Shown: one piece after another, positions 1 through 9,995 of the stretch | How the letters are laid out: each line of letters begins with the position of its first letter | How positions within the stretch are numbered: the first letter of the stretch is position 1 | Assembly (NCBI GenBank): GCA_040758135.1 | Contig: JBFLWA010000001.1 | Location: 134,713-198,712 of the forward strand | Direction: 5' to 3' | DNA length: 64,000 nt | From: Bacillota bacterium | GTDB lineage: Bacteria > Bacillota > Sulfobacillia > JBFLWA01 | Translations under genes and position numbers: made by a program | Notes under the pieces: generated by a model | What the model was told of the DNA's origin: nothing | What the model saw: only the letters and a program-made list of their open reading frames with translations | The model's database searches: none

Positions 1-600
1 ACTCGAAGACCGGGTGGTCCTGACCGATGAGATGAGGTCGCCCGGCTCAGGCGTCATGAGCCATCTGGATGCCGGGGCCTCGCTGACCGTCAAGGACCTG
101 GCCATGCCAATGACTATCGTCAGTGATAATACGCCACCGACCACCTGGTCGACCTGCTCGGCAGAGCCAAGGTAGTTGAGGAATCCATGCACTCACTGGG
201 CCTTTCAGAGATCCGGGTGGGCGATGACTGCCTGGGCCTGATCCTCTCCCTGGCTGGCCTGGACCCTGACGCTGAGAGCCCGGAGAGCGTGGTCGAGATG
301 TGGAGTCGCCCTGGGCGGGGCGAGGTTCATCCAGGGAGTGGAGTTTACCTGGCCAATCCTCAGCCGCCAAACCCTGAACCAGCGCCTCGCGGCTCTGATC
401 CCGGTTCTGGTCAGGTACGCCCACAAGACAGGCACCATCGGCGGGACCCGCAATGACTGCGGTATCTTCTACTTCGAGAGTGCCCGCTGGACGTTTGCAC
501 CATGGTCAAGGATCTTCCCTCGGAGTCCGGCGCCTACGCGGCCGGTGACCAGGCTATGGCCCGGGCGGTGCTGGCCGGCTACGAAGCTTTCGGCAAGTAA
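1..600 (+). pseudogene. class A beta-lactamase gene remnant (3' two-thirds; 5' end outside window; multiple frameshifts)
   Basis: Class A motifs are scattered over three frames: 'MTIVSDNT' (SDN loop) in frame 2, 'SDNTATDHLVDLLG...' continuing in frame 3, 'RYAHKTGTIGGTRND' (KTG box) in the 338..775 ORF, and the C-terminal '...AAGDQAMARAVLAGYEAFGK*' in a fourth frame. Confidence 0.5.
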
Positions 601-787
601 TCCAGTGGCGAGGAGGGGTCAGAGTGCTGGGCGAGACCATCAAGGAGTTGGGGCGAGAGAGCAGCTGACACTGCAGAATCTTGCATACGGTTCTGCCCTA
701 CCGCTACACCAATATCGGCAAGCAGCGGGCGAGTATGGTCGTGGGCATGTGCCCGCCGACTTACTAGAGAAATGAGGAGGAAGAGAA

Positions 788-2221
788 ATGCCCAAGTATG
801 ACTGGAGTCTCTACGAGGCCTACGGTAACAAGCTGGTAGAGCGGCACGAGGTGCCCGGGGCTGGCGTGGGCGTCGCCGTCGATGGCAAGCCCGTCTATTT
901 TCACGGGTTTGGCTCGCGCGATGTGGAGAAGAAGCTGCCTGTCGACGAAAACACCGTCTTTGGCATCGGGTCAGTCACCAAGTCGTTCACCGCGGTGGCC
1001 ATCATGCAACTACAGGAGCAGGGCAAGCTGTCGGTCGAGGATCCGGTAGTGAAGTATCTGCCTGAGTTCAGGGTGGGCAAGGATGGCGCTGAGAAGGCGA
1101 TGACCATTCACCACTTCCTGACCCACACGGCCGGTCTGCCGCCTCTATCCTCGCTGAACCGGGCGTTGGTGCGAAGCCTCCTCAAAGACGAGAGCGTCAT
1201 GCAGGGCCCGGCCGCCGAGAAGATCAAGGCACTGCCGCCCATCGACACCTACGAGGAGCTAATGGAGGCCATCGCTAGCCAGGACTTCAGGCTCCTGGGC
1301 GCTCCGGGACTGCACTTTAGCTACTCCAATGATGCCTATGCGCTCCTCGGCACCATTGTGGAGCGGGTGAGCGGCGTCAAGTACGAGACCTACGTAGTGG
1401 AGAACATCCTGAAGCCGCTGGGCATGACTCGCAGCACGTGGGAGCCCAAAGACCTCCCGGCCGATGGTAATGTGGCGATGCTCTACACCTCTAAACGGGA
1501 AAAGGGCAAGGACATCGTCTTCGCGTCGCCGAGCTGGTGGGAATGCCCGTCTATGGCTGCCGCCGGTTTTCTCAAATCAACTGTTGCAGACATGCTTAGG
1601 TATGCAGAGATATACCGGACTGGCGGGGTCAGTGGCGGTAACCGCATCCTCTCGGCCAAGAGCATCGAGCAGATGTCGACCCCCTACATTGAGCCCACTC
1701 CGGGTTACTGGTATGGCTATGGCCTGATGGTTCACCCCAACTACCACGGCGTCTCCCTGGTGGAGCACGGCGGCAACATCAAGGGCGCCTCCGCCTACTT
1801 CACTGCCATCCGCGAGAAGAACATCACCGGTGTGGCCCTGACCAACCTGGTGAGCTCGCCAGGGGGCGACCTGGTCCTGGGAGCGGTCAATGTTCCGCTG
1901 GGCGTCAAAGCGAACGCTCGTCGCTTCCACTACCCGAAATACCACTGCCCGACCGAGCGGCTCAGCAAGTACGAAGGCCTCTATGTCTCGGAAGAAGGCG
2001 CCAGCGTGAAGATTACCGCCAAGGAGGGCGGCCTCGACCTGGAGATGGAGGGCGGGGTGCACTTTAAGGCCCGTCCCACCGGCCTAGACCTTTTCGCCAT
2101 GCGCCGCAAGGGCCTGGAAAGCCAGATGCGCTTCCTGGTCAACGCCAGGGGCGAAGTCTGTGGCCTGGCTTTCGGCTTCCGCATCGTGCGCAAGGTAGAC
2201 GCCAAGCCTCAGACGGCGTAA
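788..2221 (+). CDS. serine hydrolase of the beta-lactamase/transpeptidase fold (S12 family; D-stereospecific aminopeptidase / DD-peptidase-like, with C-terminal extra domain)
   Basis: 477-aa ORF; SxxK 'SVTKS'; YxN 'YSNDAY'; RBS GAGGAGG 6 nt before ATG. Confidence 0.8.
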   Translation: MPKYDWSLYEAYGNKLVERHEVPGAGVGVAVDGKPVYFHGFGSRDVEKKLPVDENTVFGIGSVTKSFTAVAIMQLQEQGKLSVEDPVVKYLPEFRVGKDGAEKAMTIHHFLTHTAGLPPLSSLNRALVRSLLKDESVMQGPAAEKIKALPPIDTYEELMEAIASQDFRLLGAPGLHFSYSNDAYALLGTIVERVSGVKYETYVVENILKPLGMTRSTWEPKDLPADGNVAMLYTSKREKGKDIVFASPSWWECPSMAAAGFLKSTVADMLRYAEIYRTGGVSGGNRILSAKSIEQMSTPYIEPTPGYWYGYGLMVHPNYHGVSLVEHGGNIKGASAYFTAIREKNITGVALTNLVSSPGGDLVLGAVNVPLGVKANARRFHYPKYHCPTERLSKYEGLYVSEEGASVKITAKEGGLDLEMEGGVHFKARPTGLDLFAMRRKGLESQMRFLVNARGEVCGLAFGFRIVRKVDAKPQTA

Positions 2222-2440
2222 GACCCCGGGTTCTGGTTCTCCATACTGGCTGCCTCGGCCTATGAACAGCTACGCCATGCTCCACGGCTGCCAGTCATGG
2301 GCCTTCAATGTCGTGGTCGAGGTGGAAGGGGAGGCCCAGTACCGACTTCCTCGGCAAGTGCGGCAATAGCGGCAGTTCCAGTGAGCCTCACCTGCACTAC
2401 AACACGATGGAGAAGCCGATGATGTTCGAAGCGCCAGGGC
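2222..2440 (+). pseudogene. M23 (LytM-type) metallopeptidase C-terminal remnant
   Basis: 'LGKCGNSGSSSEPHLHYNTMEKP' matches the M23 signature 'IGxVGxTGxSTGPHLHFE'. No start codon is present. An upstream 'YAMLHG' piece lies in another frame. Confidence 0.3.
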
Positions 2441-2562
2441 TGCCGGCGCGCTTTTCCGGTTTCCGCTGCGGGATGGGGCTGGGTCCTGACCGCGGTCCGG
2501 CCCTCGATGACCAAACTCTGCGGGCCAGCCAATTCGTTACTGCCGAGGAGGATTCCCGAATA

Positions 2563-3381
2563 ATGAGGCTCTACATTTCCGTTGACATGGAAGGGATCAC
2601 CGGGGTCACCGACCGAGACTACCTACTACCCGACGGCAGACATTACGAGCGGGCTCGCCAGCTGCAGTTGAGCGACCTGAACGCGGTGATCGCCGCGGCC
2701 CGGGCCCACGGGGTTCAGGAGATAACGGTCAACGACTCCCACAACACCATGACCAACATTGTCCTGGAGAAGCTGGACCCGGCCGCCCGGCTCATCTCGG
2801 GCAACAACAAGCAGCTCTCCATGGTCCACGGCATCGAGGGCCATGACGCCGCCATCTTCCTGGGCTACCACGCCCGGATGGGGACTGAGCGGGCAATTCT
2901 CGATCACACCTACTATGCCGGTCTGGTCTACGCGGTGAGGCTGAACGGGGTGGAAGTGGGCGAGACCGGGATCAACGCCGCTGTCGCCGGACATTTCGGG
3001 GTTCCGGTGATCATGGTCAGTGGCGATCAGGCGGTAGCTGTGGAGGCGCTCGATCTGCTTCCGCAGGTCGAGGTGGTCCAGGTGAAAGAGGCCCTGAGCC
3101 GCACCACGGCCAACTGCTTACCACCCAACACCACCGATGGCCTCCTGCGCGAAGGCACCCGGCGTGCGCTGGCTGGCCTTGACCGGCAGGTGCCGCTCAA
3201 AGTGGGGACTCCGGTCCGCCTGGAGATCGATTTCCTGACCTCCCAGATGGCCGACCTGGCCGAGGTCTATCCCGGTGCCGACCGGTCCGGACGTACTATC
3301 GCCGTTCAGGGTGAGAGCATGCTTGATGCTTTCCGGGCCTTTCTGGTTGTACTGAACCTGGCGCGTTCGCCGCTCCTCTGA
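2563..3381 (+). CDS. dppA: D-aminopeptidase DppA (peptidase M55)
   Basis: 'MRLYISVDMEGITGVTD...' is a typical DppA N-terminus; GAGGAGG RBS 11 nt upstream of ATG 2563. The track ORF 2308..3381 has a non-coding 5' extension. Confidence 0.8.
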   Translation: MRLYISVDMEGITGVTDRDYLLPDGRHYERARQLQLSDLNAVIAAARAHGVQEITVNDSHNTMTNIVLEKLDPAARLISGNNKQLSMVHGIEGHDAAIFLGYHARMGTERAILDHTYYAGLVYAVRLNGVEVGETGINAAVAGHFGVPVIMVSGDQAVAVEALDLLPQVEVVQVKEALSRTTANCLPPNTTDGLLREGTRRALAGLDRQVPLKVGTPVRLEIDFLTSQMADLAEVYPGADRSGRTIAVQGESMLDAFRAFLVVLNLARSPLL

Positions 3382-3435
3382 TCAGAGGAGCTACATACCT
3401 GCCTGAGGGCAGGAGATTACCGGAGGCGATGATCT

Positions 3436-4767
3436 ATGGTAAGTTTCATCGAAACCTACAAACAGAGAACGCCGGGCTCAGCCGCCCTCTATGAACGGGC
3501 CGCGCGGGTCATGCCCGGCGGAGTTTGCCACAATCCCCGCTTCTACCCGCCCTACCCGGTCTACCTGAGCCGGGCCGAGGGGAGCCGAATCTGGGATGTC
3601 GACGGCAACGAGTACATTGACCTTTGGATGGGCCACTATTCTCACATCCTCGGCCACAACCCGGAGCTGCTGCGAACGGTGATCGCCGAGACTGCGGCCC
3701 AGGGAACCCACTGGGGGATCGTCCATGAGCACCAGATCGCCTATGCCGAGGATCTCTGCCGGGTGATTCCCAGTGTTGAGCGCGTGCGGTTTGGCGTCTC
3801 CGGCACTGAGGCCACCATGTACGCGGTTCGCCTGGCCCGCGCCTATACCGGGCGCAAAGCCATTCTCAAGGTGCGCGGCGGCTGGCACGGCTCGGGAAGC
3901 GAGTTGGTGAAGGCGGTCCACTCCCCGATGGATATTCCGGAGAGCGCCGGGATTTTGCCTGAGGTGATGGAGTACACCAAGACGATATCGTTCAATGACA
4001 CCGAGGGAACGGTCGCAGCCATCCGCCAGTGCGGGTCAGATCTGGCGGCAGTGATCATTGAGGCAGTCGGCCAGAATTTCGTTCCCCCCCATCCTAACTA
4101 TCTTGAGACGGTCCAGGCGGAGACCCGCAAGGCTGGCGCGGTCTTCATTCTCGATGAAGTAATCACCGGTGGTCGGCTCGGCCCCCAGGGCGGCCAGGGT
4201 CTCTACGGCCTCAGCCCTGACCTGACCACCATGGGCAAGGTCTTGGGTGGCGGAATGGCCCTTGGCATGGTCGGCGGTCGCAAGGAGATCATGGACCTGG
4301 CTGACCCGACCCGGGGTCTGCCCAAGGGGAGAGGTGTCATCATGGGTGGCGGCACCTTCTCAGCCATGCCCCCGGCCATGCGGGCCGGCAAGGCCATCTT
4401 CAACTACCTGGAAGAACATGCGGCCGACCTCTATCCCAGCCTTCAGGCCAAGGGCGAGAGGGTCAGGACCGGGGTCGAGGAAGCGTTCCGCGAGGTCGGC
4501 ATCTCGGTTCGCTGCTTCGGGGTGGGTTCCCTCTACAGTGTCACCTTCCCCAAGAGCGAGGACGCTGACATCTACGACATCGAGACTATTGAGACCCGCT
4601 CCGATGTACGCCGCCGTGACCATGAGTTCCGGTTGCGCATGCTCAACCACGGAGTCTACACCATGTGGGGTGGAGGCGCGATCTCCGATGCCCACAGTGA
4701 AGAAGACCTGGATCGGATCATCGCCGCGGCTCGGGCCGTTGCCCGGGAAATGGCGGCTGAGCAGTAG
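3436..4767 (+). CDS. class-III PLP-dependent aminotransferase (glutamate-1-semialdehyde aminomutase-like)
   Basis: 443 aa; aminotransferase class III fold with 'GHNPELL' and 'WG' segments; an internal lysine-containing motif region is present. Confidence 0.75.
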   Translation: MVSFIETYKQRTPGSAALYERAARVMPGGVCHNPRFYPPYPVYLSRAEGSRIWDVDGNEYIDLWMGHYSHILGHNPELLRTVIAETAAQGTHWGIVHEHQIAYAEDLCRVIPSVERVRFGVSGTEATMYAVRLARAYTGRKAILKVRGGWHGSGSELVKAVHSPMDIPESAGILPEVMEYTKTISFNDTEGTVAAIRQCGSDLAAVIIEAVGQNFVPPHPNYLETVQAETRKAGAVFILDEVITGGRLGPQGGQGLYGLSPDLTTMGKVLGGGMALGMVGGRKEIMDLADPTRGLPKGRGVIMGGGTFSAMPPAMRAGKAIFNYLEEHAADLYPSLQAKGERVRTGVEEAFREVGISVRCFGVGSLYSVTFPKSEDADIYDIETIETRSDVRRRDHEFRLRMLNHGVYTMWGGGAISDAHSEEDLDRIIAAARAVAREMAAEQ

Positions 4768-4870
4768 ATTCACCCTCCTCATGGCCCGTGGGCAATGTTA
4801 CACAGGCCGCCCCTTTTTCGGGCAGCCAAAGGCCCGCGGGGCATCCCGCGGGCCTTGGTCTGAAGGCATT

Positions 4871-6655
4871 CTACTTTGTCAGTTCCAGGAACTCATCGAG
4901 GTCGGCGATGGCTACATCGATGGCCTTCTGCCAGAACTCGGGCTGCTTCAGGTCAACACCCAGGTGCTTGCTGGCCAGATCCTCCACCAGCATGCGCCCG
5001 GTGTCCCTGAGCAGAGCCACATATTTCTCCTCGAAGGCCGCGCCCTCCTCCATGGCCAGGGCGTAGACGCCAGCGCTGAAGAGGTAGCCGAAGGTGTACG
5101 GGAAGTTGTAGAAGGGCACCCCGGTGTTGTAGAAGTGAAGCTTGGATGCCCAGAAGCGCGGATGGTACTCATCGAGGGTATCGCAGAATGCCTCCTTCTG
5201 CGCCTCCAGCATCAGCTGACTGAGCCGGTCAGCGCTGACCATGCCTTTCTTACGCTCTTCGTAGAACCGGGTTTCAAAGAGGAAGCGACAGTGGATGTTC
5301 ATCAGCAGAGCGACACTGCGGGCCAGCTTATCCTCCATGAGGCTGACCTTTTCCTCGGTGGTCTTAGCCGAACGGAGGGCCGCGTCGGCCACCACCATCT
5401 CTGAGAAGGTGGAAGCGGTCTCGGCCACATTCATAGCATACTGCTGGGCCAGAGGCGGCAGGTCATTCATGACGCTCTGGTGATAGGCGTGACCGAGCTC
5501 GTGGGCCAGGGTGGCCACATTGTTCACAGTGCCGGAGAAGGTCATAAACACTCGCGACTGTTTCATCACCGGCGAGCTCGAGCAGAAAGCGCCGGGCCGC
5601 TTGTGGGGGCGATCTTCGGCTTCGACCCAACGCTCTTTGAAGGCCCGGGTGACCAGTTCAGCCATGCGGGGGCTGAAGGGAGCGACCTGCTCAACGATGA
5701 AGTTGGCCGCCTCATCGTAGCTGACCTTGCGTCCGGTGCCGCCGACCGGCGCCGAGACGTCGTGCCAGCTGAGCTTGTGCACACCAAGTAGCTTCTTCTT
5801 GCGCTGGAGGTAGGCCACGACCCGTTCCTTGTTGCGGTCAATGGTATCCCACATGACTTCCAGCGTCTCCCGGCTCATGCGGTTCATCTCCAGCGGCTCC
5901 CGCAGCACATCTTCCCAGCCACGGGCCCGGTAGACGCTAAGACGGTAGCCGGCCAAATGGTTTAAGGCTGTGGCGCAGAAGTCCTCCACTTCGGTCCAGG
6001 CCTTTTCCCACTTCGCGAAGAGGTCAGCGCGGACCGAGCGGTCGGGGTCAGCCATGAGATTGGAGGCCTGTCCGGCCGAGAGAACGACGCTCTTGCCGTC
6101 ACGCTCGAAGGGGATGCGCACCTTGGAGACGGCGGTGTTGTAGACGTTGCCCCAGGCGTGGTAGCCATCGACCGACAGGCTGTTGATGAGCATCTCCTGC
6201 TCGGCGGGGAGTTTGTCCTTGGCCCGCTGCCGGCGCTCGTTGAGGTTGAAGGCGATCGGCGACAGCTCGGGAGCTTCCATTAGCCGGCTCCAGTCGGCAT
6301 CGGGCACCTTGAGAATGAACTCGTCGAGTTTGGTCAGGACGGAGGCCAGAGCCGCGCCGAGCTGACGCGAGCGGCCACCGATGATGATCGCCTTCCTGTC
6401 CTGATCGTTTTGGGCGGCCAGGCAGCCGATGAACGATCCGGCGTGGCGCATCCTCACTGACACATCCTGGATTCGGTCCAGCAGGTTGGTCCAGAAAGAG
6501 ACCTGGGCCGGATCACCCGGCAGCGACTGGACGTGGGCAGACAGGGCCCGAATATCCTTCTCCAGGGTCTCCAGGTAGGCGGCCAGTTCCGGCGAGTCGC
6601 TGCCTCCCGGGAAGTAGGAGTCCAGGTCCCATTTGGGGTTGAGATTCTTGAACAC
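4871..6655 (-). CDS. pepF: oligoendopeptidase F (M3B family)
   Basis: HExxH 'HELGHAYH'; about 594 aa from the GTG at 6655, with AGGAG 10 nt upstream. The track ORF extends further with no RBS. Confidence 0.85.
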   Translation of the reverse strand: MFKNLNPKWDLDSYFPGGSDSPELAAYLETLEKDIRALSAHVQSLPGDPAQVSFWTNLLDRIQDVSVRMRHAGSFIGCLAAQNDQDRKAIIIGGRSRQLGAALASVLTKLDEFILKVPDADWSRLMEAPELSPIAFNLNERRQRAKDKLPAEQEMLINSLSVDGYHAWGNVYNTAVSKVRIPFERDGKSVVLSAGQASNLMADPDRSVRADLFAKWEKAWTEVEDFCATALNHLAGYRLSVYRARGWEDVLREPLEMNRMSRETLEVMWDTIDRNKERVVAYLQRKKKLLGVHKLSWHDVSAPVGGTGRKVSYDEAANFIVEQVAPFSPRMAELVTRAFKERWVEAEDRPHKRPGAFCSSSPVMKQSRVFMTFSGTVNNVATLAHELGHAYHQSVMNDLPPLAQQYAMNVAETASTFSEMVVADAALRSAKTTEEKVSLMEDKLARSVALLMNIHCRFLFETRFYEERKKGMVSADRLSQLMLEAQKEAFCDTLDEYHPRFWASKLHFYNTGVPFYNFPYTFGYLFSAGVYALAMEEGAAFEEKYVALLRDTGRMLVEDLASKHLGVDLKQPEFWQKAIDVAIADLDEFLELTK

Positions 6656-6816
6656 TAAGCCAGCACTCCTTTCTTTGCCTGCAATACCTTTAGCGATTCG
6701 TACTATTCTACAAGCGGATTTGCTCACCTGCTTATGAAGGATACCCAATTGCGGGAGAAGACAGGATTTTTGGGGAAGGTGTTTAAGAGAGAGGCCGTGC
6801 GGGGAGGCATGGTGCA

Positions 6817-7124
6817 GTGAGACTGACGGAGAGTGAGCTCCGCGACCTGGCCAGAAGACTGACCTGCCAGTCGAGGAGGCCATGGGATACCTGCTCGAGT
6901 TCGACGGTATCGGTCCGAAGACGGTGTCCTGCGCGCTGCTCTTCGCCGCTCACCGGCCCGTCTTCCCGGTGGATACCCACATCCACCGCATCGCCAAACG
7001 CCTGAAGTTAGTGCGGGAGAAGGCCGAATTCTCTCCTGGGGGCAAGCAACTCGCTTTTCGCCCACTACTTAGCCACCTGAAATATTCTTCTCCAGAAGGA
7101 ACCGCGGGGGAGCAGCCAGAATAA
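6817..7124 (+). pseudogene. endonuclease III / HhH-GPD DNA glycosylase remnant (internal deletion plus frameshift; no FeS C-terminus)
   Basis: 'LLEFDGIGPKTVSCALLFAAHRPVFPVDTHIHRIAKRL' is the HhH-GPD core (LPGVGRKTANVVL...AVDTHIFRV). An upstream 'ESELRDLARRL' piece lies in another frame. The N-terminus and the Cys cluster are missing. Confidence 0.5.
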
Positions 7125-7162
7125 TCCGGAGTGGACCATTAGCCCAGAAGGAGGTAGGGAAT

Positions 7163-8611
7163 ATGCGCAACTTGACGCAACAGGCGCTGGAGAGCGCCCG
7201 GCGGGCCGGGGCTACCTATGCCGACATCCGTATAATCGAGAACCGGCAGGAGTTCCTGTCGGTCAAAAAGGGCAATGTCGACACCGTCTCATCTGGCCGC
7301 AGCCACGGCTTCGGCCTCCGAGTCATCGCCGATGGCGCCTGGGGCTTCGCCTCCAGCTCCCGGCTGGAGGCGGCGGAGATAGACCGCGTGGCCGACCTGG
7401 CGGTGCGGATCGCCCGGGCCAGCGCCCTGACCAAGAAAACCGAGGTCCGGCTGGCTCCAGTAGAAGCGGTGGACGACCGATGGAACTCCAACCCGAAGAT
7501 CGACCCCTTTGCCGTCAAGACCGAGGAGAAGCTCGGCTTCCTCCTCGATGTGGATAAACGGCTCAAGGGCTCACCCGAGATACGCGTGACCCAGGCACAG
7601 ATCCAAGCGCTGGGCGAGAAGAAGATCTTCGCCAGCACCGAGGGCTCTTACATTGAGCAACAGCTGACCCAAACCGGCGGCGCTATCTACGCCTACGCGG
7701 CCGCCGAGGGCGAGGTGCAGCTCCGCTCGTACCCGGCCCTGTTCGGGGGCGACTTCGCTCTCAAGGGCTACGAGCACATTGAGGAGCTAGACTTCCTGAC
7801 TGAAGCTGAACGGGTTGGCCGGGAAGCCGGCCAACTGGTCAAGGCTGAGCAGTGCCCCAGTGGACGCCGCGACCTGATCATCAGCGGCTCCCACTTGGCC
7901 CTGCAGCTCCACGAGTCCTGTGGCCATCCCATCGAGCTCGACCGGGTGTTGGGGACCGAGGCCGGGCTGGTGGGCAAGAGTTTTCTGACCCTGGATAAGT
8001 TCCGCAGCGGTTACCGCTACGGCTCAGAAGCGGTGAGCATCTTCGCCGACTCGACCATCCCCGGCGCCAATGGCAGTCTGGGCTATGACGACGAGGGGGT
8101 ACCGGCCCAGCGCACCCAGATCGTGGATTGCGGCGAATTCGTTGGCTACCTGACCTCCCGGGAGACCGCCCCGGCAATCGGCCAGACCAGCAACGGGGCG
8201 ATGATGGCCAATGGGTGGGACCAGATTCCGCTGGTGAGGATGACCAACGTCTGCCTGGAGCCGGGCGACTGGACTCTCGACGAGATGATCAAGGATACCA
8301 AGGATGGTCTGCTCCTGGACTTGAGTACCAGTTACAGTATTGATGACCGCCGCTACAATTTCCAGTTCAGCACTGAAGTGGCCTGGGAGATCAAGGATGG
8401 CTCCATCACCCGGATGCTGAAGAATCCCACCTATACCAGTGTCACCCCCGAGTTCTGGGGAAGCTGTGACGCGGTGGCCGGCAAGGACGAGTGGAAGGTC
8501 TGGGGTATCCCCAACTGCGGCAAGGGTGAGCCGATGCAGCCGATTCGCGTCGGCCACGGTACGGCGCCAGCCCGGTTCCGCCAAGTAAAGGTAGGTGTCG
8601 GCAAATGGTAG
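7163..8611 (+). CDS. tldD: metalloprotease TldD (peptidase U62)
   Basis: 482 aa; TldD N-terminus 'RRAGATYADIRI...GFGLRV'; RBS GAAGGAGG. Confidence 0.85.
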   Translation: MRNLTQQALESARRAGATYADIRIIENRQEFLSVKKGNVDTVSSGRSHGFGLRVIADGAWGFASSSRLEAAEIDRVADLAVRIARASALTKKTEVRLAPVEAVDDRWNSNPKIDPFAVKTEEKLGFLLDVDKRLKGSPEIRVTQAQIQALGEKKIFASTEGSYIEQQLTQTGGAIYAYAAAEGEVQLRSYPALFGGDFALKGYEHIEELDFLTEAERVGREAGQLVKAEQCPSGRRDLIISGSHLALQLHESCGHPIELDRVLGTEAGLVGKSFLTLDKFRSGYRYGSEAVSIFADSTIPGANGSLGYDDEGVPAQRTQIVDCGEFVGYLTSRETAPAIGQTSNGAMMANGWDQIPLVRMTNVCLEPGDWTLDEMIKDTKDGLLLDLSTSYSIDDRRYNFQFSTEVAWEIKDGSITRMLKNPTYTSVTPEFWGSCDAVAGKDEWKVWGIPNCGKGEPMQPIRVGHGTAPARFRQVKVGVGKW

Positions 8612-9933
8612 GACGGGAGAGAGCCATTGAGCTACTGGAGCGGGTACTGCGCTTAACCGAGGCTGACCAGGTTGAGGGCACTATGCGCACCCGTGAGAAC
8701 TACCTGACCCGCTACGCCAATAACGCGATTCACCAGAACATTGCCCAGAGTGATGCCACCCTGCAGATCAAGGCGGTACTGGGTAAGAAGGTCGGCATTG
8801 CCACTACTAACAGCCTGGAGGATGAGGATCTGGCCCGGGCCGCCGCCCAGGCGGTGGCCACGGCGAAGCTGCAGAAGGACAATCCGCAGTTCGTCAGCCT
8901 GGCCCAGCCGACTCCCATCGCCGAGGCCAAGACCTATTACGAAGAGACGGCTGGGCTGACCCCGGAAGACCGTGCTCGCCTGGTCCTGGATATCTGTCGC
9001 CAGGCCGACCAGGCCGGACTGGAGGCCGCCGGCGCTGTCTCCTCCTCCATCAATGAGCTGGCTATCGCTAACTCGTTGGGGGTTAGGGCTTACGCCCCCA
9101 TCACCTCATCCGGGGTGACGGCGGTAATCATGTCACCCACCGGTTCCGGCTTCGCCGAGGCCAGCTCCCGCAACGCGGCGGACCTTAATGCTACAGCGGT
9201 GGGCGAAGAGGCCATTGCCCGCTGCCAGGCCAACCAGAGTCCCATTGACTTCGATCCCTCGGAGATGGAAGTTATCCTCAGCCACTACGCAGTGGCTGAA
9301 CTCCTGGGCTACCTGAACTACATGGGCTTCGGCGCCCTGCCCTTCCAGGAGGGACGCTCGTTCATGGCCGGCAAGCTGAGCCAGAAAGTGATGGACGAGA
9401 AGCTGACCATCTGGGATGACGGGCTCGACCCGGCCGGCGCCCCCATGCCCTTCGACTTCGAGGGGGTCGGCAAGCAGAAGGTGGTCATCATCGACAAGGG
9501 CGTAGCCAACGCCGTAGTCTACGACTCCTTCACCGCCCACCGCGAGCCGGGTAAGCGCTCGACCGGGCACAGCAACGGACGCTTTTCGGCCAGCGCGATG
9601 AACCTGTTCATCGCCTCCGGTACCGCCACCGAGCAGGAGATGATTGCCCAGACCAAGCGGGGGATCTATGTCACCCGGTTCCACTATATCCGGCCGATCC
9701 ACCCGGCCCGGACCATCATCACTGGCATGACCCGGGATGGTGCTTTCCTGGTTGAGGATGGCCGGATCACCAGCCCGGTGAAGAACCTGCGCTTCACCCA
9801 GAGCATTGTGGAGGCGTTTTCCCACGTCGACCTGGTGGGGAAGGAGACCCGGCTGCTGGGCGAGTTCGCCCTCTCCCGGGTGCCCATGCTGAAGCTGGCC
9901 CGGTTCAACTTCACCGGGAAGACAGCGCATTAG
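8605..9933 (+). CDS. pmbA: TldE/PmbA (peptidase U62 partner subunit)
   Basis: 442-aa paralogue that overlaps tldD by 7 nt (translational coupling). Confidence 0.8.
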   Translation: MVGRERAIELLERVLRLTEADQVEGTMRTRENYLTRYANNAIHQNIAQSDATLQIKAVLGKKVGIATTNSLEDEDLARAAAQAVATAKLQKDNPQFVSLAQPTPIAEAKTYYEETAGLTPEDRARLVLDICRQADQAGLEAAGAVSSSINELAIANSLGVRAYAPITSSGVTAVIMSPTGSGFAEASSRNAADLNATAVGEEAIARCQANQSPIDFDPSEMEVILSHYAVAELLGYLNYMGFGALPFQEGRSFMAGKLSQKVMDEKLTIWDDGLDPAGAPMPFDFEGVGKQKVVIIDKGVANAVVYDSFTAHREPGKRSTGHSNGRFSASAMNLFIASGTATEQEMIAQTKRGIYVTRFHYIRPIHPARTIITGMTRDGAFLVEDGRITSPVKNLRFTQSIVEAFSHVDLVGKETRLLGEFALSRVPMLKLARFNFTGKTAH

Positions 9934-9943
9934 AGATGATAAA

Positions 9944-9975
9944 GGAGGCCCGTTTCCCCGGGCCTCCTTGACTTG
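9944..9975 (+). terminator. hairpin terminator after pmbA
   Basis: GGAGGCCCG-tttccc-CGGGCCTCC followed by TTGACTTG. Confidence 0.45.
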
Positions 9976-9995
9976 TGACCAAGAGGAGTAGCAAT

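Noticed and set aside
4247-5404. 385-aa plus-strand ORF overlapping pepF (similar long antisense ORFs at 14472..15590, 27660..29381, 36885..37652, 9133..9930, 17410..18318, 31519..32607, 41425..42471, 42267..43430, 50685..51401, 23353..24051)
   Set aside because: All lie antisense to or out of frame with strongly supported genes. Stop-codon-poor shadow ORFs are typical of high-GC DNA. Their low-complexity Arg/Pro/Gly-rich translations show no family resemblance.
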